A DNA stretch of 64,000 nucleotides. It comes from the human T2T-CHM13v2.0 reference genome, Homo sapiens. The stretch lies in assembly GCF_009914755.1 (NCBI RefSeq), contig NC_060930.1. One strand, 5' to 3'. Shown here piece after piece: positions 1 to 12,377 of this stretch. How positions within the stretch are numbered: position 1 is the stretch's first letter; each line of letters begins with the position of its first letter. Position numbers and translations under genes: made by a program. The notes under the pieces are model-generated. The model was not told the origin of the DNA. It worked only from the letters and a program-made list of their open reading frames with translations, and searched no databases.

Positions 1-365
1 CCTCAGTTTGGGGTTATCTGATGTTTCCTCATAAATAGGTTATGCATTTATGGAAGGATTAGCACAGAAGTAAAGTGTTGTGTCCTTTTCAGAGCATAAT
101 AATAAGAAGCACATGATATCTCTGTCTCATTAGTGACATTTACTTTGATCACTTAAGGTGATTTCTGCCATGTTTCCTCAGTGTAAATCTTTTTTCCCTT
201 TGTAATTAATAAATACCTTCTGGAGACCTACTTTGATGTGATGTAAATGTCCTATTTTTCATCAAATTTTCAACCATTAGTTTCTTTCTTGGTTCTTGGC
301 TAAAATTATTATTACTACAGTGGCTGCCAACTGGTGATGCGTCTACTTTTTAATTCCTTTCAAGT
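1..365 (-). mobile_element. Old LINE-1 3' UTR fragment (L1MC4/5-like)
   Basis: Resembles the recalled L1MC 3' end in reverse (tgatgtttcctcat...actttgatcactt...tttgtaattaataa); heavily diverged and runs off the window start. Confidence 0.65.
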
Positions 366-712
366 TCTCCCTTCTCTTTCAGCAACATCAAATATTTCTG
401 TTATTCTGGGAGTGATATAACACTAACTAAGCAGCAGCATTGCTTAATTGCATTCTCAGAACTGATCAGATTCTAATCAGTCTAATTAGGTTTGTGTCAT
501 TCAGTACATTCTAGGGCATTGCTAATGGGGCTGCCATCAAGCAGATACTTGAAAAATCCCTGGTTGGCATATCTCTTCTAGGCTCACTGAAGATTTCCAA
601 CTGTTGTTTAGCAAAGGTAAGAACACTAAAAACTCCTTGAATTTTCCTGAGTTTTAAGATCCTTGACCCAGAAAAAGAGTGGATTCCTGGGGTCCTTAAA
701 AAGGTAATTGGA

Positions 713-1084
<372 letters not shown>

Positions 1085-1149
1085 TCACCTCATTGAATTC
1101 GGAGGATTTAGCTTCAGAATAAACTGACTTTTTCTCCTATCATATGCAT

Positions 1150-2040
1150 TCTTCTTTTAAGCCTATGCAGTGGAATTTTTAAACTTCAGAGAATGTATTT
1201 TTCAGTTCTAGAATCCCCATTTGATACCTTTTTATAATTTCTATTTTTCTATTAAGAATTATTACCTTTTAATTTATTATATGGGAAAATTTTCCTTTAT
1301 ATACTCAAAAATAGGTGTAATTGTTTCTTTAAAATCTGCATCTGCTAATTCCAACATGTGGATTATCTCAGGGTCAGTCTCTTGTCTTTTTTCATGAGAA
1401 AGGTCTATTGGTTAAGTTTTCTTATTTCTTTGTATGGCAAGTACTTTTTCATTATATTTCGAGCACTGTGAATAATATGTTATACAGACTCTGGATTCTG
1501 TTATGTTCCTTTGAGGAGTATTAATTTTGTTGTTAGAGCAGTCAGTTAAATTGGCTGAACTCAGACTGAAAACTCTATATTTTCTATGGTGAATGGTAGC
1601 TCAAATTCCTTTACCAGTTCAATTCCTTTACCATAGCTGAGCTGCTAGGAGTCTGTCCCACATGCATGATTTGAGACCACCCAGAAATTTGAAAAGAGTT
1701 TATGAACAGCATTGTGGACTCCCCATCTCTGGCTCTTTCTTCTCCAAGATTTCTCCTTCATTTTCCAGTGGCTGTGGTTTCTCTGAACTCTGTCATTTAC
1801 TTCTTTTAAACAGTAAGACTGTATGAAGTACTTTAATAGCCACCCTGCATAGCAGACTGGGACCTGTACTCAGGCAAAAAGAAAAAATATCACTAAATGA
1901 TATTTATTTAATTTAGTGTCACTTCCCCTCCAGTATTTGCCTGCTTTTGTTCACTTTCCAGTGCCATCAGGCAAATAATTTTTTAAAATATTTTGTCTAG
2001 AATTTTTAATTCTCTACAGAAGCATTGTAAGTATTTTGTC
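1150..2040 (-). mobile_element. Ancient L1M/HAL1 5'/ORF1-region fragment
   Basis: T-rich, with motifs typical of reversed old L1 ORF1 region (tttttcagttctagaat, tctgctaattccaacat); boundaries approximate. Confidence 0.5.
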
Positions 2041-2335
2041 AATTACCAAAGACAGAACAAATCATCTTATTGATAGTTATTTAAGATAGTGGATTCCTCT
2101 TTATCAAAAACATGGTTATATTTAACTTAATTTCCTTTTCATTAATTGATTCATCCCTTCTTTGCTTAACAGATTCACTGTGTTGAGTGTTGTCATGAAA
2201 CCAAAAAATGAGAAACCCTGCCCTTGAAAAATTTAAAATTTAGTTGGAAAGAGGAAACATAAACTCATGAAACTAAATAACATGCATTATTGCTTGCATG
2301 TGATCTAGCATCAAGTGAGTGTTACCAGTAAGAGT

Positions 2336-2502
2336 GTTCTTGTTACTCAAAGTGTGCTCCCTGGATGAGCAGCATGGTAACCCCTGGGAGCTTTTGAAAA
2401 CTCAAAATCTTGGGTCCCACTCCAGACTTACTGAATCAGAATCTGCATTTTTATAAGAGCCCCAGATGACACGAATGAACATTAAAGTTTGAGAAGCATT
2501 TT
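2336..2502. mobile_element. MER5-like hAT-Charlie MITE
   Basis: ctcaaagtgtg...ccagacttactgaatcagaatctgcatttt...aaagtttgagaagca matches the recalled MER5 consensus. Confidence 0.85.
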
Positions 2503-2721
2503 TCTAGACGTTAAGAAGAGAGGGCTCCTGCAGGAAGTTTTAGGGAAGGTTTCATACATACTGAGAGATTTCGGAGATACATACATACAGAGATTTCAGG
2601 CTCTGAATGGTCCAAGAAGACAAGAAGAGCATTTTAGGTGGAGAATACGAGGCAAAATTAGGAATAAGTTCAAACTGGGTAATAGTTAAATATAATTCTG
2701 AAAAAAAAAAGTTGACACTTG

Positions 2722-3292
2722 TGCCAATCAGAGTGCTTTCATCTGCAAATCAGAGAAATCACAGCCAGAAGAGATTTACAAGGACACTATTATCTCACAT
2801 AAGTAGGTCAGTTTTAGGGATGGGTAATCAAATAGTTCAATGAGGTCATCATAAAAGCAGGTTCCTTCCATTTTCTGCTGTGCCATCTGCTGATTCCCAG
2901 GATATTGACTCTTAGGCTGACTCCCCCTCATAGCCTCCAGATATCTGACTCAGTTTCAAGTATTCCTTGAGGATACATCTACCCTGTCTTTGTCCTTTTT
3001 TTTTTTTTTTTTAATACAGTGATAAAAACCTTCCCAGACGCTCTCGGGAGATATCCTTTCATGTTTTCTTGGCCAAAACTTTGTAAATTACACATGGTTT
3101 CACCAATTACTTGGAAAAAAAATAATGAGACCACTGTAATTAGCTTAAAACAATTAAGGGTTACCTCTTTGGTTGGGGAAGAGTCCAGCTATCCTTGAAA
3201 GAGATGCTCATAGGAGGAGAGCAAACAAAAACCAGCGTTCTATTTTCAAAGAAGGGGAATGGCCATTGACTAAATCTAAAGTGCCTGCTGCC
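2722..3292 (-). mobile_element. Old MaLR solo LTR (MLT1J/K-like)
   Basis: Starts like a reversed MLT1 3' end (agtgctttcatctgcaaatcagagaaa); diverged body. Confidence 0.5.
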
Positions 3293-4096
3293 TTTCAATA
3301 TTTCACTTTGTCATGCTGAGTCTTACTCTAAAATATCACCCTTATTTGAAGAAAGGAGCAATTTAGGAATAAACTATAGCGAATAAATTGATAGGTAAAT
3401 AGACAGAAAAATATATAACTATTTAGCTTTTCATTAGCATACTGCTCATCTCACCCATAAGAAGTCCTTTTCTATGCCACATTTAAAAGAACTTTTTTTA
3501 GTTTGAAGAGCATCATTGTCAATAATAACTCTAAACTATGCCAAATGAATAACTTTAAAATCCAGCCCCCACCCGCCACTTTTTTTTTTCTTTACTGGTT
3601 TGCATTTGCTTTTCTGATACTAAGAATAACACTTAGGATTTATTGAGTGACATCTGGTTTATTAAATGTCTATTTCTTCTTGCTTGTTAAGGGGATCATA
3701 ACACAGAAAGACAAAATTGAGAGAATAAAAGTATAACCAAAGAGTAGGACTAACCTCAAAACTCACCATAATTAGAAATAAACAAAGAGAAATATGCTGA
3801 GAAAATTGCCTGCCTTCATCTGGACATCTGTTTGTACATTTGAAACCTTATTCTGGAAATCTCCATTTTACTTTTCTCCATTTTTTATGTGACTGAAAGC
3901 TTCACTTTCCATGGACATCTCTTTTGCACATTTTTTTACATTCAGCCTTCAAGAAAGCTCACCTCTTAAAAGACTAGAAGGTACCTCCTCCCTGCCTGTA
4001 GACACCAGCATTTACCCCATGCTTAAGTCTAGCACTGTCACCAGCAAAGGCGAAATAACTGGGATCAACTAGTAGAGGATGCCCTGCTGTACAACA

Positions 4097-4150
4097 GTTG
4101 TTGTTGATGTTGGTGGTGGTGGTGGTGATGGTGCTGCTGGTGGTGGCGGG
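4097..4150 (+). repeat. Imperfect (GTT)n/(GGT)n trinucleotide tract
   Basis: gttgttgttgatgttggtggtggtggtggtgatggtgctgctggtggtggcggg, seen directly. Confidence 0.9.
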
Positions 4151-4479
4151 AAGTGATTTGAGGCTCTGGAACCCTTCCAACTGATATGAATGGTTAAAAA
4201 AAATACTGCCCATATATTTATCACCATGTTTTGTGTTTTCCTCATTTCTAAGTGAAGAAATGACTCCTTCTTGTCTTTCCCAAAAGCCTATAGATCGAAA
4301 TTAGAGGAAGCATAACCTAAATGATTTGTGTGTCCTAAACACTTTGTTTGCCTTGAAGAAAGGAGAAGGTAGTTTTAAGGGGATTATTAGAAGGATCTCT
4401 CACCTTCCTCTAACCAAGAGCTGTACTTAACTGTTCCAAATTGGCAATGTGGATTAATAGCTCGGCACCTCAGTTTGAG

Positions 4480-4650
4480 TCTTGAATTCACCAATGCTAA
4501 GGATATGACACTAAGCACATCAATTACACTCTTTTAGTATCATTTTTCTCATAATAGAAATGATAATTATGGTAATTGGGCCTGTTTATGGTAAAGATTA
4601 AATGAGAAAACATTTGTTAAATGCCTGCCTCCTAGTAATGGCATCTGTTA
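4480..4650 (+). mobile_element. MIR SINE fragment
   Basis: MIR core and 3' motifs (aaatgataatta...aagattaaatgagaaaacatttgt). Confidence 0.6.
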
Positions 4651-5129
4651 TTATTTCGTTCTGTTTAGTCAAGACTGTGACATAATGTAGAAAAAAGTCT
4701 CACATCACCAAAAAAAGTCACTTGCATTTTTCTTTATATTGACATCCCAAATAATGAAAAGAAACATCCAAGAGTCACTGATATTTGTAGTGTTTTGTTT
4801 TTTTTTAAGTAAACTGAGTTCATCACTGGCTTGGAAATAAAAAGACTGGCTCTAAGTCTGACTCCTCTACCAAGTGCTGGGGATTTACAGAATGGCACTT
4901 AATTTCTCTGGATCAGAGTTTCTTGAAAAACTTGGATGAGATGATAACTCTTATCATAAGACTTAGGACAAAGAAAAGGAGTCCCTACTTTATGTCATTC
5001 ACTGATAAGATGATTTATATATATCTTCAACAGAAAAGAAAAAGGCTAACTCATTGAGATAGCCTCAACTGAAATACTTTTGGTTTTTCCCAAGACTATG
5101 TCTAAACTTCCTAATTTCTTTAAACTCTA

Positions 5130-5480
5130 TTGCATATTCAAGGCTCATTTCATACTTACTACCTTCATGAAGCCTTCTCCAATCCTACCAACTCAGGGCA
5201 TCATCTTCTTCCTTTGAAGTCCCATGACACATTGCTTTCATTTCCCTCATATCATCATGTTCTGCTTAGTGTCATAATTTATTATTTTTCTCTCTTGACT
5301 CTCCTACATTCACCACAACAGAGCGATAAGCTCCTCATTGAACTGCTTATATTTTATGTGTAATTATTGCTCCTTGAAAGCAGGACAATGCTTTGCTCAT
5401 AATATTCCCTGCAGCTCCCAGCATAGCATCCTCTACAGTGCACACACAATCAGTCGTAATGGTTGAATCGAACTGAATTA
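5130..5480 (+). mobile_element. L2 LINE 3' fragment
   Basis: tcaaggctca...cttcatgaagccttctc and ctccttgaaagcaggac...ggttgaatcgaactgaatt resemble the L2 3' end. Confidence 0.6.
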
Positions 5481-6651
5481 AATTAAAATGAAAGTTTTCT
5501 TTAATGAAAATATTTTCTATAATGAGGAGTCATTGTATTGCTAAGTTTCTATGTCATTAAAACTTCATCTTACCTTAGAAATAAAACTATAAGAATATAA
5601 CAAACTTTGGGGTTAGAAGATAAAATGTCTGAATAGAAAAACTGTTAATAAAACATTTAAAAGGACACTTTCATTTCAGAATTTCTAAGAACATATGTTT
5701 TAGATCCTAACATTTCTCTTGTTTGGAGACTCCAGATGAAATAATAGTTGTGCAAATACTTTGTAAAAAGGAAATCATTATGTAAACATCATATTTTGGA
5801 AGTATTTAGTAGTAAAATATAAAACATTATTTTCTTGGTTTGAAATAATAAAAGGAAAATTTCACCACTGAGAATAAAGAAATAAAATCAATTTTTGTAC
5901 TTACCAAATTTGACAGATTCATGACACATCAATAAGAAATATTTTAAAACCCTTTTTACTGTAACAAAGATGAACCATACTTTTGAAAGATTCAGTTTTT
6001 AACAGCTAGAAAGGCACATCAGTATTTTAATTTCTGTAATTCATTTTTGATTCCCAAAGCGATGACTGTAAGATCAGTAATAGGCACACAATCACACAGC
6101 CTGAGAATGTACTAATTCAAACTATTGCACTAGTTTCATCTGGTCAGTCAGTTTGTGGTTATCCAAATTAAAGTAGCCTGATAAGGCTGTTTATTTCATA
6201 AGTCATCCATTATAAAATATGGAATAGGTTTCAAAACTGTATCAAATGTTGTAGGAATATACCACACAAAAAAATTGGCTAAGTTTCTCCACATGATCCC
6301 CTAGTCTCTCCCTTTAATACAGGTATACATTTTTTCTGAAATTTTCTTTATTTAATTTCAATATATCTGTTAGAGATTTCCATGTTAGTTCACATATATC
6401 TTCTTTGCTCATTTCATGTATTCTTATCTAATTTAACTTAACCCAACCCAGGTAGTTTCCTTCTCAAAGCCTTTCTCCAGTAGTGTTTGGGTTTCTAAGT
6501 ACCCTTTCAACCCTAACTATTATGAGATGACAAAAGATGGGCAGTAAATATGTTCCCAACAGAAATGAGTGTTGGCAACCTAATGGATTAAAAAGTCCCA
6601 AACTGGAGATACCACCAAGACACTACTTGAAAGTATAATGTTGCCGTTTAT

Positions 6652-7797
6652 TACAACAAAAACAAAGATAAATAGATGGGACTTAAACTAAAGTTTCTGC
6701 ACAGCAAAAGAAATAATCAGCAGAGTTAACAGACAACCCACAGAGTGGGAGAAAATCTTCACAACCTGTACATCTGACAAAGGACTAATATCCAGAATCT
6801 ACAAAGAACTCAAACAAATTAGCAAGAAAAAAACAATCCCATCAAAAAGTGTGCTGAGGACATGAATAGACAATTCTAAAAAGAAGATATAAAAATGGCC
6901 AACAAACATGTAAAAAATGCTCAACATCACTAATGATCAGGGAAATGGAAATCAAAATCACAATGCAATACCACCTTAATTCTGCAAGAATGGTCATAAT
7001 CAAAAAAATCAAAAAATAATAGATGTTGGCATGGATGTGGTGAAATGGGAACACTTTTACACTGTTGGTGGGAATGTAAACTGGTACAACCACTATGGAA
7101 AACAGTGTGGGGATTCCTTAAAGAACTAAAAGTAGATCTACTATTTGATCCAGCAATTCCACTACTGGGGATCTACCCAGAGGAAAAGAAGTTATTATAT
7201 GAAAAAGATATTAATACTTGCACACACATGTTTATAGCAGCACAATTTGTAGTTGCAAAACTATGGAACCAGCCCAAATGCCCATCAATCAACAAATGGA
7301 TAAAGAAAATGTGGTCTATATATACCATGGACTACTACTCAGCCATAAAAAGGAATGAAATAATGGCACTCCCAGCAACTTGGATGGAATTGGAGACCAT
7401 TATTATAAGTGAAGTAACTCAGAAATGGAAAACCAAGCACCATGTGTTCTCACTGATAAGTGGGAGCTAAGCTATGAGGACACAAGGCATAAGAATGATA
7501 CAATAAATTTTGGGGACTCGGGGGAGAGGATGGGAGGAGGTGAGGGATAAAAGACTACACACTGGGTACAGTGTACACTGCTTGGGTGATGGGTGCACCG
7601 GAATCTCAGAAATCACCACTAAAGAACTTATTTGTGTAACTAAACACCACCTGTTTCCCCAAAACCTATTGAAATAAAAAATAAAGAAAAGAAACAAATA
7701 AATCATAATAAAGCTTTCCTGAAGACCAAAAAATAAAACAAAATAAAACCTCTAGAAATAAACCTAGACAGATATGTGGTGAGAAAAAAAAGAAAAT
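6652..7797 (+). mobile_element. 5'-truncated L1PB (L1PB1-like) with ~100 bp of extra 3' sequence before the TSD
   Basis: ORF 7045-7470 encodes the ORF2p C-terminus ([14 protein letters not shown]...); L1PB-type 3' UTR ends ~7700; 16-bp TSD taatgttgcc(g/a)tttat at 6636-6651 and 7798-7813. Confidence 0.93.
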
Positions 7798-8859
7798 TAA
7801 TGTTGCCATTTATAATTTCCCAGTGTCATTCACCAACCTAGCTGGCTATTGCTTTAGACAAAATGATCACTAATTACAGCAATAGGCTATGAGCCATATT
7901 TTTTATAAAAGTTTCAAGGAATCATTTCCTAGCATCATAGTCCCACCTTATACACCATATTGTATCAACACTTTACATTATTGCAAACTTTAGAGGTGTT
8001 CTTCGGCCTCTTTTCAATGGTTTCCTTTCATTTGATAATGTTATCCCTTTATCTCTCTGCACTAAAGGTAACATCACACCCCCACATCTGATATAGTTAT
8101 AGCACCCAGAGCAGAACTTACAATGGAGAACATGATCAATTCTTCCAAAAGCACTGTAGGCCTACCCAGAAGCACAGTCATTATCTTAGCTGCTTCCGTC
8201 TAATGATAGAAAAATCTTTTATAATATGTTTGCGTTAGCATTTTTCCAAAAACCCTGAAATTTGAATTTGTTTTACTCCAGAAAGACATTAAGTTGTTTC
8301 TGCATTCAAACAACTCTTAATGCAATAGTTCAGTATACCCCAAACCTATGCTATCTCATTTTGTAATTTAATTCCCTCAGTATCATTCACCTTGGTTTTT
8401 GTTACTCCCAAAGGATAAAATCTCATTTGTGCAAATTTGCAAAATATCTTTTTATAAAAATCTTTTTTTGCAAACAAGTAATGAGTAGAACTAAAGTTCC
8501 CAAGGGGTTTCTGTTTTACACAAAAACAAAATTTGTAGTCCTGAAATGTTGAATGACTAAAATCTATATTTACCTGTTTAATCACTTGCCTTCATAAATC
8601 CTCTAGACCTGATATCCCTAATTAAAATTCATAGCATTCCAGGTGTGCACAGATGTGTTAACTGCTAATGCATACTTATCTATTTCAATGAATTGAGGAA
8701 ACATGCTGAGGGTTTTTATTTCACAGTGTGGCCAAATTATGCTTCGCTGTTTACATCATTGAAAGAACTAAAAGGGTTTTCCTATCTGAGATTAAGGCCC
8801 AATATCTCACTTGAACCCATAATAACTAGAAACTAGGGAGATAAGAAAATCTTATACTG

Positions 8860-10100
8860 GGATTGAACAAATAAGTAAATTGATGGTGGACAGTGGGATC
8901 CAGGTTTCTCTCTGCTGAGAGGTTATAGATAAGTTGGAAGTCAGAATGAAACATGTGGTGTGGGCTTGGGGTCAAAGACATCAGTGTAAATTCATCTTTA
9001 ACTTAAAATATATACAGATAGATAAATACAGAAATGATTTTGTATATGTGTGAACACATGGGTTAGTATACATACATATATTTCCTAGCTCTGCCCTCTG
9101 AGAGGACCTTCTAGAAGCAATAACATCCCAGGATGAATGAGCACACCCAATGCCCAGATCTTGGTTTCTAACACCATTCTCCAATGAAAGGAACCAGGGC
9201 TCCTTGAGAAATGGCTGACTCTAAGGCTGAGACAGAGAATATACAAATGACCCTGGAACATCATGTAGTGCCAGAAAGTAAGGATATGCTAAATAAACAA
9301 AATGATGGGGACCTGCCAAAGGTATACATGAATTAACCTGAGATTATTCAAAGGGGGAGAAGAGACAAATCTCCCATGTAGAAAAATTCCAAATAATTTA
9401 CATAGATACTTACCCGTCAAGGAAATGGAGTTTAACTTCCCATCCCTTGAATATGGACTGCACTTACTAACTTGCTTTCAAGTGTTGGGGAGTAGGGAGA
9501 CTATATTTACAGTGGAGAAACTTGTCAAACACTACCTTGACAGGTGGTCAGGGTTAACATCATCATTGACCAGTCATGTTGATAGCATATACCCTTGATG
9601 CTATGTGATAAGAATGATACTTTATCTCTGTGGTATTATTTCTAAAATCTCATAATCCCAGACTGATTGTAAAAAGGAAACATCAGACCAACCCAAATTT
9701 AGATAGTTCCACAAAATATCCAACCAGTACTCCTCAAAATTATCAAAGTCATCAAAAAATTTTTTAAAAATCTAAGAAACTCATCACAGCCAAGCAAAGT
9801 CTAAAGAGACATAATAACTAAATATAATGTGTTTTCCAGTAATGTGTTTTCTATCTAATGAGATCCTGGAAGAGAGAAAAAAGGACTGGATCCTGGAACA
9901 GAAAAGTCTGTTGGGGAAAAAACAGTTAAATCCAAATAAAGTGTGACATTCATCATACTCACCAATGCTGGTTCCTTAGTTGTGACATATGTACCATTCA
10001 GAACAGGGGAAACTGGGTGAGGAGTACATGTGAATTCTCTGTACTATCTTTGCAACTTTTCTGTAAACCTAAAACTATTCTAAAAGAAAATTTTATTTAA
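8860..10100 (+). mobile_element. L1MD/L1MC-like 3' UTR
   Basis: cccagatcttggtttctaacaccattctcca...ggctccttgagaaatggctga and terminal ttgcaacttttctgtaaacctaaaactattctaaaa. Confidence 0.8.
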
Positions 10101-11302
10101 TTTTGTTCATGTGAGAGCAAGTTTCAGTATGTTTCCTAAAATAAGAAACTTTGAATTAAAAGTTGCTTTGCTCTGGGACAATCAATACAATAGACATCTT
10201 AGTTATGCAAATATAATACAAGGATGTATTTTTCATTTTTGCGGAAAACCTAAGTGCAGTGAAATAACCCAAATGATAGCTATTTCAGAGGAAGAAGCTT
10301 AGCTGTCTGGTTAGGTAAGCTAGCTATGTAATAAGTTTGGCCAACTTATGACTATGCAGACTTTTTTTTTTTAATTTGCAAAGAATATGTATGAGTGGTT
10401 TAAATTATTGTGTGTCCTGGTACAGATGAGAAGTCAAGCTGGAGAAGACCTCAGGAAGAACACATAAACAATTGCAGATCAACTGCCAGATACTACACCA
10501 TCATAGACTGGACTAGTGAAGGCTGTGGCAACATCTAATTATAGTTGACTATTGAGGAAATTAAAACATACTCTACAAATACTTATTTCTACTCACATAA
10601 TTGGGAAGAGACATGTCCTTCTGCATTTTCATCCAAATTCTCCTCCAAAGCCAAGCAAAATTGACGCTGTTCTTATATACGGGTGCTGAGATCTGAAAAG
10701 ACCACAAGATAAATGTGTTGGTCAAATCTAAATTTATTAGGTGATCTTTGGAGGAGTAGACAATCAATAGTCTGGTTATTTATTCTGAAGAAAATAGCTT
10801 TGGCTAATGTTGCTCTTGATAAGAATGAAGTCTCTAAATTTGAAATCATGAGTTACAAACTCAAATGTCTACCAGGTTTAAGTAGACATCACAAAACAGG
10901 AATCAAGGAAAATAGAAATCAAGTTTAGACAGATCCTGTCTAAAAGTAGTGGTGACCATTAGCACCAATTGACTTCTACCTTGTGGAAATGTAGACCCAA
11001 TATTAATGGGTATTTTTAAGAAAAAGAAGAAAAGCCTGATTTTTGTCATGAAGGTTTTGAAATATTAGCATTGGTTTAAAAAAATGTAAAACACTGCATG
11101 GTCCAAATGACATATATCTGTGATATTAATTTGTACTAAAGGCAATTAATTTATAACTTCTGGCCTAATTATACCATTATAATTCTGGGTTTTAATTGTG
11201 TATTGTTGTCAGGCTTTTTCCAGGATGTTCAAATATACAATTAAAATATATGTGTCTTCAGTGTGATGAAAGAATCAAATTCAGAAAAGGTTGTTGCAGA
11301 AT

Positions 11303-11799
11303 TGTTACCAAAACACGAAGGGTCCTGTCTAGGTCCTGCTGTTCATCACACAGAAAGCCAATCACTGAGCCAACAAGTATTTTTAGGGAAGAAGGCTTTA
11401 ATCAGGTGCTGCAGCTGAAGAGATGGGAGATCAGTCTCAAATCCTTCTCCATGACTGACTATAATTGGGGGTTTATATGCAGGAAATAAGTGTAATCCTG
11501 TGTGGGAAAACAGAAATTAGGAAGGGGTAAGAAAGAGGAGTTGGTCAACAGGAAGCAAGTGGCCAGTTAGGCAGTCATGCTAGGTGAGGGGTCTGGCATC
11601 TCATTGTCCAGATGTGATAATCTGGTAAGTTTCAGTTCCTTATTACAATCTGGGAGGACTGATGGTTGATTTCCTGAGAAAGGAACTCAGATAAGACAAA
11701 TCAAACTTTCTCAAGTTTTAAGACTGGGAGGTTCAATTTCTATGTTTACTCAAAAGAAACCATAAACCTCAGGTCTGTAGGACAATTGGGCCAGTTTCA
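11303..11799 (-). mobile_element. ERV1 solo LTR (MER66-like, MER4 group)
   Basis: TG...CA termini; perfect 4-bp TSD GAAT (11299-11302, 11800-11803); body matches recalled MER66. Confidence 0.85.
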
Positions 11800-12377
11800 G
11801 AATGATGAACTAAAAGAAAAATAAGAATAGTCATCTCCAGAAAAAAAGACATCTCAGGACAGAGATGGGGGCAAAACCTGTACTTCCAAAATTAGTAGAT
11901 TCTGAAAGAAGTTAAATATAAGGGAATCTAGAATCTCTTTCACTTATAATTTGTAAGAATAATAGGCTGTGATTTTAGACTGTCAGACCCAACTGAGGAC
12001 ATGGCCAAATCTCCTTGAGGGTCAAATGTGGGTAGGGGAGAGCTGGAGGTCAGTGATAGGGTAAAGGGCATTCAGCAGGTTCACGGCTACATTCAGGGGA
12101 GATTTAGAATAATCAGCAGTGCCAGCTACAGAAGGATGGGTCTGAAAGAGATAGATTGCTGGAGAAATTGTAAGAGACAGTGGTCATCTCAGGCAGGAAT
12201 TAAACTTGGTCATCATGACAAAGACCAATAGCCTAAAATAGGTTCATTTCCATTGTGACTGCCTCAGCTCATCTTCTAATCAGTCTCTCTGCCATTCCTA
12301 TGTACATACCTGGCTTCTGTCTCACTGCCTTCGTGTCATCCTCCACCTCCACCACAGTGCTTCTTCAGTGATGTTTC

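Noticed and set aside
3974-4213. 79-aa ORF with Thr/Asn runs
   Set aside because: The low complexity comes from the (GGT/GTT)n tract; there is no splice or homology support.
5905-6005. Possible minus-strand exon with a TTG|GTAAGT donor
   Set aside because: The acceptor is ambiguous, the longest frame has a stop, and such matches are expected by chance.
10930-11170. Possible hAT MITE remnants here and at 16200-16550
   Set aside because: Too diverged to identify TIRs, TSDs or a family with confidence.
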